In this document: positions 47,304 to 60,204 of the stretch, one piece after another | How the letters are laid out: every line of letters starts with the position of its first letter | Numbering within the stretch: position 1 is the first letter of the stretch | DNA from: Styela clava | Taxonomy: Eukaryota | NCBI RefSeq assembly: GCF_964204865.1 | Contig: NC_135262.1 | Span: 2,232,001 to 2,296,000, forward strand | DNA: 64,000 nt | Direction of reading: 5' to 3' | Program-made: the position numbers and the translations under genes | The notes under the pieces: model-generated | Told to the model about the DNA's origin: nothing | What the model saw: only the letters and a program-made list of their open reading frames with translations | Databases searched by the model: none

Positions 47304-50300
47304 TCTATAATCACGGTTCAATGCGATTCACGTCAATCTCATGACATTCGTGTGAGGGTTGAAAGTAATTATAAACAGCTTTGCTAATATGACAATAGTG
47401 TACAGCTTAACATGTATATAGATTTATATGTATTGTACAACCTGTCTCAATAAAGTCTATACAGTTCGATAGATATAGGAAAATGTACGCAAATATAAAA
47501 CTAAGATACTGTTGGATAGATATTTCTGACTTTTTTTTTATCTTTGTGCAACGTCAGTGGAGATTTTATTCTCATAGATTTTCATTTGAGATCATTAGTT
47601 GACTCAAAATGAATACCCAATTAACGAGTAATGATTTGGTAATAATATTTGTATCATAAAATTACTCTTATAGAGTAAAGTATGTATTACTCAATTTGCA
47701 ATCCTGCAAACGCAAGCAGAGTTTGTATGAAGAAAACTAACACTGAAAAAATTATCAAGTTACGAGCATCGTACTAAATTTCATGCAGGAATCTCATGGA
47801 AGAGCTTCACGTGTGCCTAAGGGACAACACTTTGGTAACTATTGAATTAGATCAGATGTACCATCTTTATATACTTCCGGGAAAAATAAATCTACGCATT
47901 TCCGGTAGCGTGCGGGCTGCATTGAATTCCGCATATAAACGATCGCAACAATATACTTTAAATGATGCTGCACTCGTTCCGTGTTTTGTTATCATAGTTA
48001 CATGTTAATTTTTGCAAACATCTCAAATGTAACTCGTTCGCAACTCAACTATAAATTTAACCACCAGTTACAACAGATCTACTAAATCGCCCGTAACATT
48101 ACTCAGAGAGGGGCATCCTTCCCTTTAGTGTGTGTGAGTGAGACCTCACTCTGAGCACATTCTCTTGAAATGTATTTGGACTCACAGTTTTATCCAGACT
48201 AGACCGGCACCTAGCATTACTCTAAATCGCGCCCGCTTCTTGGAATTTGTCAAGTTTTGCGCCCCACCTCTAAAATAACTAGATAATAATAAGCTACAGA
48301 TAACAGATAGCAAGGCGAAAGTATGCTTTATTTGAAAAAAACATTAAAAATACGTGGATGGGACGTAAATATTGGAATAAATGAAAAGTTTTAAAACAAA
48401 TAAGGCGGGCAAGATCAAATGTAACAAATATTTCTGTTTTGCTCCACGCCATTCATAAAATTGTCTACACCCCGTTGTGGGGCGCGCCCAACCGTTTGAG
48501 ACTCACTGCTCTAAATTCATTTAATTTCACGGCAAGTATTTTATTGCAGCTCAACTATTAAACCTTTCACCTTAAAGTTCGATGCCTCAACTCATACTTA
48601 TTTATTTGCATTGTCACGACAATGAAGGGTTTAAAAGCGTCAGTCACACCTTACAATGTTTACTCTAAGTACATGATTGTGTAGTTTGCGCGATTCCTAA
48701 TCCAATAAATATGAAGTGCCTGACCTCGTGATTGTCAATCGTTACTCCATAGCAGGCGATCTATAATAAATGATTTTCAAGGTTGGGTCAGCGATTTTTT
48801 TCCTATCTTCCTATTCCTATCAAAGACTTGCAACCTGCCATATATTTTCCTTAATCGCGGAATACCCCATGCCAAAACATCAGCCAATAAGACCTGAGAT
48901 CATCAACCTGGTTGGCATAATTAATACGGGTAAATTAAATATCAAATACGCCTATCGAATAATAAACACTATCATATTCTTGAAGTGGGGCAATATGTCA
49001 ATTCTTTCGTGTTTTGCGAAGTATCTCATACAACGATCCCAGAAGTTGACTTGGAACCAAGTTTTTCAAGATAAAAAGGCTATCAGAGTATTCAATGAAT
49101 AGTTTTTCTTACTGCCTATACTTTTAAAGTCGCGTATTTTATCAAATCTTTCTTATTTTGCAAAGTATCTCATACACAGACCCTTTGCTATGAATCGAAC
49201 TGAGGTTTTGCGACCAGCTCGTGTTTGTAACCAAAGAGGGCGGTACATACGATGGTAACCATTGTGTATTCATAAAGAAAAACAAGATTGTATTGTTTGT
49301 GTTTTATTCGGCAACAATGCTAGCGTTGAGACGCTTTATAATGTAATAATCGAGGATAAGTACGTCAATACACAACACTTAGACGAGAATGTTTAGGGAA
49401 CGTGCCGTTTTACTAGTTAAATTCACATAAATATTAAAAATAGGATTCGCATTTTCATTACGAAACCATCCTACGGGGTTATGTATTTTAGGTAATGAGC
49501 GTTTCGCTCTTCACGCGGCTGTGGGCAAGTAGGAAATGTCCTTGAGCGAGTGTATATGCCATCTGTATGCTTAATATTTTTTACAGAATATTGAAGTACT
49601 AGTAGTATTGAAGCAAGATTCGAATTTTTGTTACGGATCCATCCTCTCGGTTTATATACGAATTAATCTCAAAGTAATCTTCTGATTCCAGCGATGAACG
49701 ATTTTTAAAGGTGCTTTATAAATCGAGTTACCCAGCTCTGCCTCCGATTATCATAACAACGACAGTAAATATGAAAACATGTATTAAATACTGTATATTT
49801 CACCTCTAACATGGCACTGAGATAGTAGAAAATACGCAACACATTTACATAGTTTTTCGGCTCAGAAACTCGAAACGTCGGGAAATTTTACATTGTTTTA
49901 TCTAACAACGGTTGTGATTTATTTATTCTTACCACCCCTCAATCCTATATATTAATTATAAATCACGTTATCACATTCATAGTTACTGTCTGACCATCTT
50001 AAAGTATGAATACTCTTCATATTGATATCAAACAGGCTATACATAGGCGACTATAAACAGATATATATATATATACATTTCTAAGTTCCCCTCAGTAATG
50101 GTACGACAATAAAACAATTCTGAATATAACTTACCACGTTCTCGGCTTTGATTTCACTGGACAGTGAAGTTATGTGTCTTTCTTCTGGTAACAAATTAGG
50201 TTTACAATATAATGTTTAGTGTCTGTTATAGAAATAGGGGGGAAAAAAGGTTATGAATGGAAACAAAATCTGTGCTTCGTGAAGGTTTTAACCACTAGTT

Positions 50301-52360
50301 GCCCTATTAAATAGATACATGGGACCGTATTACTGCTTTATTGAATGTAATCTTATTCATACATCATACATAAGTAATGCACGATATGCTATAATATGCG
50401 AAGACACATTCGCAGCTTAACAATGAAATGGCCCACTTTTCTCACGGCTTTTCCTGTAAGAATATCATTATGAATATAGGTGAGCAACGACTACATGAAA
50501 TAGGCTTGATTGTGAAGATGCTGATATTTTTAGAAGTCCATTAGCTTGATACATATCAGTAGGTGCTTACATAAAGACTTGCAGCAAAGGTCGAAGCCGT
50601 AATCTGTTTGAGGGTTGCCTGACAATAATTTTATATTCTGATCTTAGCAAACAATTTGATTCATCGACTCGTTTCTGGTTCCTCATGTGACAATACAGCT
50701 GTGGATAGAGGTATAGGCAACGACCACACGGAGCTGGAAACAAATTGTTTTACACTTGAATGCTGCCCTTGTTGTCGCCTTTATGAATGTTTTTAACAAC
50801 TTTGCGGTTTACTAAACAAACATAGAAACGTCTCTTTGAACATGTCGTACATAACTATAAAGTTTAACTATGCCATGGAAAGAAAAGGTCGGCAATAAAG
50901 CGAGCCATTAAATTTTTATCAGAGAATTTGCTATCAGTAAGGTTACGAGCACTCGCTTAAAAGTGAAGGGCTTCAGTCTTGGGCGAGTTTAAGGGCAGAC
51001 ACTTAAATCCTATATGCTATTCGCACTTACGTAAAAATAAAAAAAATCTCATTTTTTAGTTAAGTCGAGAGCGATTACCGAAATGTCGTCCAGGGGCTGA
51101 TTTAGGGCTTGACCATATGAAATGTAACTGTATCATTCATCTCAAGTTTTCGTTCCGCGAGCTGTTAGGGTCCAACTCGGCTATTATAAATTAATGGTTC
51201 CATTACATTTGAACCCGTGCACATTTGAACCACGTACATCTGAACCCACGACAATTGCATCTGCATACTATTGCACCTATGGAATTTTTTTTTGTTTTAC
51301 GGATATTTGAACCCATACTAACCCTAACCCATGGGTTTTAGCATCCGTATATAGATTGAACCCGCGGGTATACACATGGGTTCAAATGTACATGTTTCAA
51401 ATGTACGGTCACCTAAATGAATACCCAATGGTAAATACCTGGCTACGCTTAATCGCAATGCAAAAAGCGTCGCCGGGTCCAGTTACCAGATTTTCTATGG
51501 AATAGGAACCCATGTTTTGTGTGTCAGGGATGCGACGGCGAACATTCTAATAATAAACGACGCATGACACAATGAGTAATATATGAGCCAATAAATAAAA
51601 GCCTTGAGTTAGTGGCTATAAAATACAATTAATATATTTATTCCTGTTTTCATTTATTATTCAATCATGTTACGATACGGCAGTGGCCGACAAAATTTTT
51701 CAAATGAGGCCCAAATAGTGAAATGGACAACAATTCCGTTGGAAATTTTAATTTAACCACATTTGTAAGATAAAATGAACCTAATGCATGATCGTTTCAT
51801 AAATGAACAAAAACAATTTGGCAAACAAATTATATAATGTTGGAATATTTTTTTTTTCACTGTCGTAATTTAAATTTATTGGAGGCCCACTAAGATATGC
51901 TCGGCGACAGTGCCGATACTGTATGCGGTTAAACCTTTTTTGAATGATTCTAATTTGAATAATTCAGAATCTAACATCTAATTAATAATACACCCCTGGT
52001 CATTGAGCGGCGAAAATTGACATCATAAGATTACGTATATCCAATATGCTAATTTATGAAATTATTGCGCACGTATTTCTGTGCATCGTCTCTGTAATGC
52101 AGCCTCGTACATACACGTTATATTGGCGAATCGTTAGCTTCGGTAACAGTCAAATTAAGATGGAAACACAAAGGAGTTTTAATTTTTCTTTTATCGTATT
52201 CATTTAATTGTTAAAAAGCGATGTCTTGTACAAGAACTCCGCCACTAATGCAAAAATGTGATATTTGAATAACAAATTGGTAATTATCCAGTTGGGGTTG
52301 GAAATGATTTAAAAATTGAATTTTCAGCCCAATCTGCATTCCTAAAGCAACCCCTTACTG

Positions 52361-52809
52361 CAGGGGTCGACAACCTTTTGTCGCTCGCTGGTCAAAATTA
52401 GGGTTGCAAGTCATTGGCGCGCGGCACATATTTTTAGGAGGTTGAAAAATCGAACGGATGGTACTTTTTATAATGAAAATCAAGCAGTGATACATCTCTC
52501 GAATAGATTATAGATTTATTTCCTCATTGCATCTCATAAAACTCCATTTGAATATTTTCAGCGCCATTGAACCCTTTGCACTTAGCATCAATTTTTCTGC
52601 GTTTTGTTGCCATTTGCTTAATTATAATTAAATTATATGCTCATTAAACGAGTAATTGTGAAATATATAATTTTTAGGTTATATTATAATTTAGTCTAAA
52701 GAATATATTCGTCAAAACGGATGTGTTGTTACTATAATTTAGTGGAGCGTCGCGGGCCGGATGATAGTGCTCCGCGGGCCGGATCCGGCCCGCGGGTTAC
52801 CGACCCCAG
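52361..52809. mobile_element. hAT-type MITE
   Basis: Perfect TSD CCTTACTG; similar to 27437-27878. Confidence 0.88.
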
Positions 52810-55800
52810 CCTTACTGGATAATTACTTATTTTGAGCGTTGGCGGGGACTTTGTACAAAAGATCCGTAAAATGTACTAAAGTTCAGATGTATCACAACAA
52901 ATCGTCCAAGTAAGCAACAAACGATATCGAAATATAAGTTCGCGTTCGCGATCTTATGTACTTTGAATCAGCGAATGATTGCTCTCACGTTATACCTGGT
53001 CTACAAGACTGTCTTACTGAATTAAATAAACTTTTGTAAGTACATTTATGTATATTCCCGTACTGACATGCTTCATATGCTTGCTCTTACTTATGGTACA
53101 ACTTAGGGGTGGGTAAGATTTTTGGACCAGGGGGCTTTCATTTCTCTCTCAAAATGTAAAAATTACATTGAACTATGTCCATAAAAGAGCTTTTGTTGGA
53201 ACGAAACGTCACTAAACGTTTGAAATTTATCAACATCAATTTGACGAACAGAATTCTAGAATCAAGAATACTAAAGTACTAGAGTATGACAACATTACCA
53301 CTGACCCTACATATTATTCTCAGTTACATTATATCGAACGGAATCCATAGCGATGCTGGAATATGAGCTTAAAATCCCGCCCCTTTCTTTTTATTTCTCC
53401 TTCTTGTTTTGGTAAAATGTGATCCCGTGTTCTGTGTACATAGCAAACAAGATTCTTTAAGAATCGATCCCTTTAATCTTCTTTTGTGTCGTGTGCCCTA
53501 AATCAGATCGGCCATTCGGAATGTTGCGAATTTTGATTCCACTATATGAATTTGTTATTGCGATAGGCTATCCGTCGATCAACTATATTTGCGTCGCGTC
53601 GCACAGTATCTTAACCAACTTTTTAATTCTAGTGTGTGACGAGGGTATTTCCAACTATAGGGGTTGATAAATATTTTGCTATCAGCGATATAACTATTTC
53701 AAACTCATAATATTGTGTTATGCACAACCTGGACACAGACAGCAAAATTTCATCAACCGTTCCATAGGTCCACATCGTGCCTAAAAAAACGATTAAAAAA
53801 TACTTGAAAAAATAGTAACAACCTGGTCTATACCCTCCATTTGTACCCTCTCCTGGTTGCCCAGAAAAAATATTTTTTACAATAACAGCAATAACTACGC
53901 ACGGAAGAAAAAAAATGCGAAATTTTTCATATAATTCTACCTGAAATTTGAGTTTATAATATTCTAAACTGGAGGTATGGCAGACAAAAGTCGTCTTAGT
54001 GATGAGTAGCCGCATAAGCCGCTTATACGATATCCTTATAGGTTGGAGACGTCGGCGTATAAAACAGAACACTGTCAATGGCGTCGACAAAGCAAACATA
54101 TACGACAATCTACTGTTGGTATTGAAGTGCTAATCCTCGAATAATGAAAAGTTTTATATCTTCAAGAGGGTTTAAATGACTTTACGTCAGTTCTGCCCTT
54201 TTTGTGGGGTTGGTAAATGTATAATCTGGCGTCTGTCCTTGAATATGTTTTATTTCTAACGTAGTCTCACAACTACATGTTAAGCCTAATTTCAAGTTTT
54301 AGCAAAGTGTCAAGTCTTGTTGTATTGTCACAATGCTTACAAGCCCAAAATCTAATTATCTATAATCAAGGGATTTGATCGGTTTTCGTATTGACTGTTC
54401 TCTGTTTAAAGCCCTGTGGTTTGTGATAAATCAATAACCCGACTTTTTCTCATAATGTAACAGAACGATAGACGTGATGAATTGCTATGGCAATACTACG
54501 ATAGGAAAATTCAAAGTATTTCCGGTTTAGCATCGGCTACTTCATTTATTACACCATGGATCGTCAACTTCAATATAGTTAGGGTTTAGCCACCATGTTG
54601 AAGGTCGGGCCCCCCTCCTTCTTGTATTCAAATGAACACAAGAGAGCAACGCTCAAATATATGGACACGTGGACTAGAGCGAAGCAGGGTTTACCTTTGA
54701 TGTTACCGGTACCGTACCCTCAAAAAGTTGCGGGTTTTCAGTCGCAAGAATTTTCACACTCAGCCGCCACGCTTGGCGGATTAAAAACCGTGTTCCCATA
54801 ATTAAAAATTAACACAACGCAATTTTGAATGAAATATTAGATTTCATAAGATTCATAGAAAATTCAGGAACAAATGAAAGTAATAGCCTTCTGGCAAAAA
54901 AATCAAACTTGGACCACTGAAAATTCCAAAGAAATTGGTCCAGTATTCGAAGAGAAAAGCGATTTTTAATGATAATGACGAAAGAAAATAACAATAACAA
55001 CAAAATTTTGAAACGATCGTTATGGCCACTAAACGTGTCCAATAATTTAAAGCGTTTTTTAGACCCTAAAGACTATTGAAAACCCGGACCCGCTAGCTGT
55101 TGAGGTTTAACTTGGCAATTAGATTTTTTCCACTCGTGGTTCCGCGGAACAAGCTCAGCTAGAATGCTGCAGGGATTCCGAGGAGTTGACATTTAAATTC
55201 GATAGTCTGTATTATTACATGTATATTGTTTAAATATAATAAAATACTGCCATCGCATCCACGAAGTTGCCATATCGGTATTTAATATTTGAAGCCATTA
55301 TAAACTGACACATCTTAGATTAATGATAACACCTTATAATTTTAAATCCTTCGATTGTCCCCATGAAATCAGATACTGTTTGGATTAATGTCTGGCGCTT
55401 CGTGCAATTTATTCCATGTTTAGTAAATAAAACTAAACAAAACGGAATCGATCCCGAATAAGACATTTAAATTACATTGTATTGATTCCTGTTCGACTTT
55501 TCTGTTATTGATATGAGACGAAGCGACCTAATAAAACGCTTGTAGTATCAGATTGTGATCCTATTTGAAGTAACTAGGTGTTGGTATCGTTATATCTTTA
55601 AAGTCTTTTCTACGATGACGTTCTACTTCGATCTACTCCGAGCAAGTCTCCATACAAGCATCCCGACCTAAGAAGCTACTGATTTAAAGAACCCAAAACT
55701 GGGTCGCGACTCATGGGTTAAAAGACACTGCACTTTACACCCTCCCTGTTATTATTTTCTTTGATTGATTCAGCCGAACCAAGGCACGAAGTTGTCGCGT

Positions 55801-57696
55801 GCAACGTTTTGGCTAGGACCAGGGACAGCCGATTTTGCGCGAAGCACATCTGTTTGGGTTATTGTTTGCGACTTTCATGTATGTAACTATAAGCTGATTT
55901 TATCTTGTTCGATTAAAAGTAAAGTCGCAGTCGAACATTGACATCTTCCGATTTTAGCGTAGTAATGGCGTTTAGGTTCAACGTTTTATTCACATTCGCG
56001 CCCACTGAATTGTTGTTACATTTATGGACTCGCATAAACACAATACCGACATATCTTTAATTTAAACCCCTTTGATTAATGTTTCCATGAAATCAGATAC
56101 TATTTTGGTTGATATCTCACGCTTCGTGCTATTTATTCCCTGTTTAGTAAATAAAATCAAACAAAACGAAATTTATCCGAATAAGACATTTAAATTGTAC
56201 TGTATTGATTCTTCCTGTTATTCATATAACGCTAACTGACCTAATAAAACGCTTGTAGCCTCAGGTTTTGTTCACATTTAACTAGTATGGCCGTAGATAG
56301 GTTGGTTTTATTATGTATGGCCTGGTGTATGAGCTATATAATAGGAGATCAAATATCGAGTTCTGAGTTTTGTGACACGTGTATATAAGAAAGGTTGCAA
56401 GACATGATACGCGTGTCACATTGTTCCGTACTTATATTGTACACAGAATTTTTTTATAATGATACTTCAATATGAATACTAACAACAAAACTATCTGAAG
56501 GCTTCACCTGGGATATGTTGTCTCATACACATCCTTCTCATGCTGATGTACGCTTTATCATGCCATGCCCGGATGAAATCTTTTGAAAAGCGATTCGGCG
56601 AATTACGTAATTTTGCTTGCACCGACTGTGATAGTACACAGTCGGTGCAAGCAAAATTAATGGTTCCCAATGGTTCCTAACAATTTTTTTAGGCGACCCA
56701 AATTTAAAAATAATTACATTCAGTAAAATCTCGCGATCCAAGAACATGCTCAAATACGAAACGACTTGTAGTGCTTTTGTGACCGCAAAATTGAATGAAT
56801 AATATAAAACAATCATTTTACATAGATTAAACCAGATATAACCTTAAAGTGAAAACCCTGCCATCAGCGAGTTTTTGAAAACGTGGCTTTATTCAAGCAA
56901 AATAGATGCTGCCTAGTACTGTGATATTTCCTACATATACAATTACTATTAAAAAACACTTCAATACCAAATATAAAATGAACAATAAAATTTACTAGGA
57001 AGTAAAATCAAAAACTTTCAGTTTTTTTATGAGTTGGGTTGCGCGAGACTGACTGCCTATCCTTCCTCTATGCCCTCATGCTAGGGGATCCGTGTGCGTA
57101 TACTGCAAGGGTTCTGAGGCAGGAATGAACGTGACTGTGCTGGGATATTCAAGAGTCCTGCTGCACACAAATATATTTTTGTAACGGCCGTAACATTGTG
57201 TTAGTGTTCAATAGAACTCTAAATAGCATGATTTTAGATTTTTGTTTGAAAATACAAGCGACCCAAAAAAATTCTAATGTGACACATAGATTAACACTGC
57301 ACTATACACCCTCAACATGTTGTTTTATCATTACGATACTATGATATACCCATACCACAACAACTACAAATTCGTCGAAATGATATTTAAAAAATGAAGA
57401 TAACTATTTTGCCTAATGAAAACTCTCGGAGACTGTACTCCAACTCAAAAGCAAGTAACACCCAGAATTGTAAAAATAACTTACAACTAAAATTTACCTT
57501 GAATAGGCTCAAAGTATAACAGATGAATCTTTTGTAGAAACCCATCGCCAAAGATAACACCCCGCCACCGCTAACGTGGTAAGCGAAATCCGCAGTGCTT
57601 AACACGCGGCGGGGGTGTTTCCCTCAAATATCACTTCTTTACATCACTGGCGGGGTTTTCTACAAATGATCCCAACAAATACCGAGTTGATCTGAC

Positions 57697-57932
57697 GGTG
57701 CTCTTGTAGTATGCGAACCAAGATGGCGGACACCGGAACGTAGTATGTGTACCAGGTTATGGTTTGGCCATAATTTTATTCTAATTTTCCTCATTTTAGT
57801 TCTATTGCAAGTTCGGGGACTAGCCAAGTGACTCCCGTAGTATTTGTACCTGAAATTATGGCCTAACCCTAACCTGGTACACATACTACGTTTCGGTGTC
57901 CGCCATATTGGTTCACATACTACGGGAAAACC
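57697..57932. mobile_element. Family A MITE
   Basis: TSD GATCTGAC / GACCTGAC. Confidence 0.85.
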
Positions 57933-59646
57933 GACCTGACTATACTTAATAACTAGAAATGAAGATTACTTACAATTACATTAGGTCGTTCTGAAATCCT
58001 GCATTACTCCCACGCAAATTTTATTCTGTTGAGCATACCGAGATTAGGCTTCTTCAGACAAGCAGTTCACAATGATTATAATTAATAGATAATGATAATT
58101 AGAAAAACACGACTTGTCTGATGAAGTCTGGCTTTTGTCAAACAGAACTTTGAAGAATATTCTTCTTGAAAGCTGACGCAAGATTTTTGAAATACTCAAA
58201 ACAGTTTTGACGTTTGAATCCAGGATTTGTGGGCGATGTTCTGATTCAATGGTTTTCAACCTTTTTGATTGGTCGTAACTAGGGCTGGGCTATTCGGGAC
58301 ACTGTTTCGATACCTTTCGAAACACTGATATGTCGAAACGGCGCTGTATCGACTTCCGAAACGGATATTATGACGTCATAGCAAATGCAACCTGAAATCA
58401 GTCAAGGTATCGTTCAGCGATATCCAATTCGAATTTAATATCCGAATTTATTCGAATATCGTGACTCTCAAATATCGTTTTTAGTGTTTATAAGAATATT
58501 GAATATCGCGCACAAGTCCTGGCGTCGCCGTCCACGTTTCGAATGAAAACATTTCACAATTATTTCATTTTTATGTTTTATCGTAATCGAAGACACTCTT
58601 TGCGACGCGCAATAAATTACTGCCGACATGAGATGATTTAAGTCAGCGCCGACTTGCAGTATTTATAACAGTCAAGAAAGTTTTTGAATGAAAATATTTT
58701 ACAATTATTATCGTATATTGCAACATCGTCGAGATCACCGCGGCAATAAATCTAAATTCAAATTTTGTCGTAATTAATCTTTTTCATCTTTAGTTTCGAT
58801 AGTGAGCGAGCATTTCTTGCATTTACCCCGTATGAAATAGCTCTTATATTATTTAGTATCTATCGCAGATTTTGTTGTTAGAATGGCGTCGTTAATAATA
58901 ATATCGTTCAGTTCAAGGTTGCGGTATTAATTTAAAACAATAATAAAAGCATAACAGTCGACATGTAATATTTAAATCAGAGCTGACTTGAAGAAAAATA
59001 AAACACGATTTTTAGTCTTAATTCTCCGTCATTGGCAGATCGAAATTTGTGAATCGGGTCCACTCATTTGATTATGATGATGATCGCGTTAAAGGCAAAA
59101 TAAAAATTAAGTCCCCTCAGTAGCACAACAGTCAATATCTGTGGGGAGGGATAATTGTGGCGGAATTTAGCTCAACGATGTCGATGTCACGCTGACGATA
59201 AACAGTCAGAAATTAGCCGTGTCAAAAATCTGATTTAATGTTAATTTTACTGTATAAATTAAAAACATTTCTCTGGGCGCCTAGTTGTTCTTTTTTCTGA
59301 GCTTGTCAAGATACACCACAATTCATACCTACTGTAATGTTTATTAAGTCCATTTTCCTAGAGCCCAAAATAACTAATTTCAATCAATGATCAAAAATAT
59401 TTTTTAGAATGTACTGAATCACGAGGATCTGTGGCATCGGATAAAGCAAACCCAATTAATACTGGCAAAACAAAAAGGAGCTTCAGAAGTATATGCACCA
59501 AGATGGCGCACAACCTGAACATAGTATGTGTACCAGGTTATTTTTCAGGTTGCGCGCCATCTTGGTACACATACTTCGGAGCGCCAACAAAAATGATCTT
59601 CAAGTGCAGCAGGTTTATTAATAGTGGCAAACTAAATATTTAGGTA

Positions 59647-60038
59647 AAATTTACAATTTAAATGTATCAATATGGACTATCGGACTTGCATGGAAACCTG
59701 CGGAACCACTGGACTGCGCTGGCTCCAAAACTCTGGCTACGCCCTTGTCCACTGAATGTCGTTTGAAGTTAGACTCAAAATAATTCGAGTCAAAATTCGA
59801 AAATTTAGAACCCGAGATATCATACAGGCAGTGATGGGATTCAAATTTACAATTTAAATGTATCAATATGAACTATCGGACTTGCATGGAAACCTGCGGA
59901 ACCACTAGACTGAGCCGGCTCCAAAACTCTGGCTACGCCCTTGTCCACTGAATGTCGTTTGACGTTAGACTCAAAATAATTCGAGTCAAAATTCGAAAAT
60001 TCAGAACCCGAGATATCATACAGGCAGTGATGGAATTC
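59647..60038. repeat. Tandem duplication, 2 x 196 bp
   Basis: 59647-59842 versus 59843-60038, about 7 substitutions. Confidence 0.95.
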
Positions 60039-60204
60039 AAATTATTAGTCAGCCGGTTCTTTCACAAAGGTCATATTTTTCAGCCGGTATTGTTACAAAC
60101 AGAACATTCACAGTAACCAGTAATGCTAACCGGTTCGCTGATCTCATAAAATTCCGTGAGACGGTTCTATAGAACCGGTGCGAATCGGCTGAATCCCATC
60201 ACTG
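60025..60204. mobile_element. hAT-type MITE
   Basis: CAGTGATGGAATTC / GAATCCCATCACTG; perfect TSD CATACAGG. Confidence 0.85.

Noticed and set aside
53629-54108. 159-aa hydrophobic ORF, the longest in the track
   Set aside because: Non-ATG start, composition typical of AT-rich non-coding DNA, no recognisable motif and no phase-compatible neighbouring exons found.
6257-57872. TTAGGG motifs as interstitial telomeres
   Set aside because: Only about two units each, and those examined sit inside MITE arms or cores.
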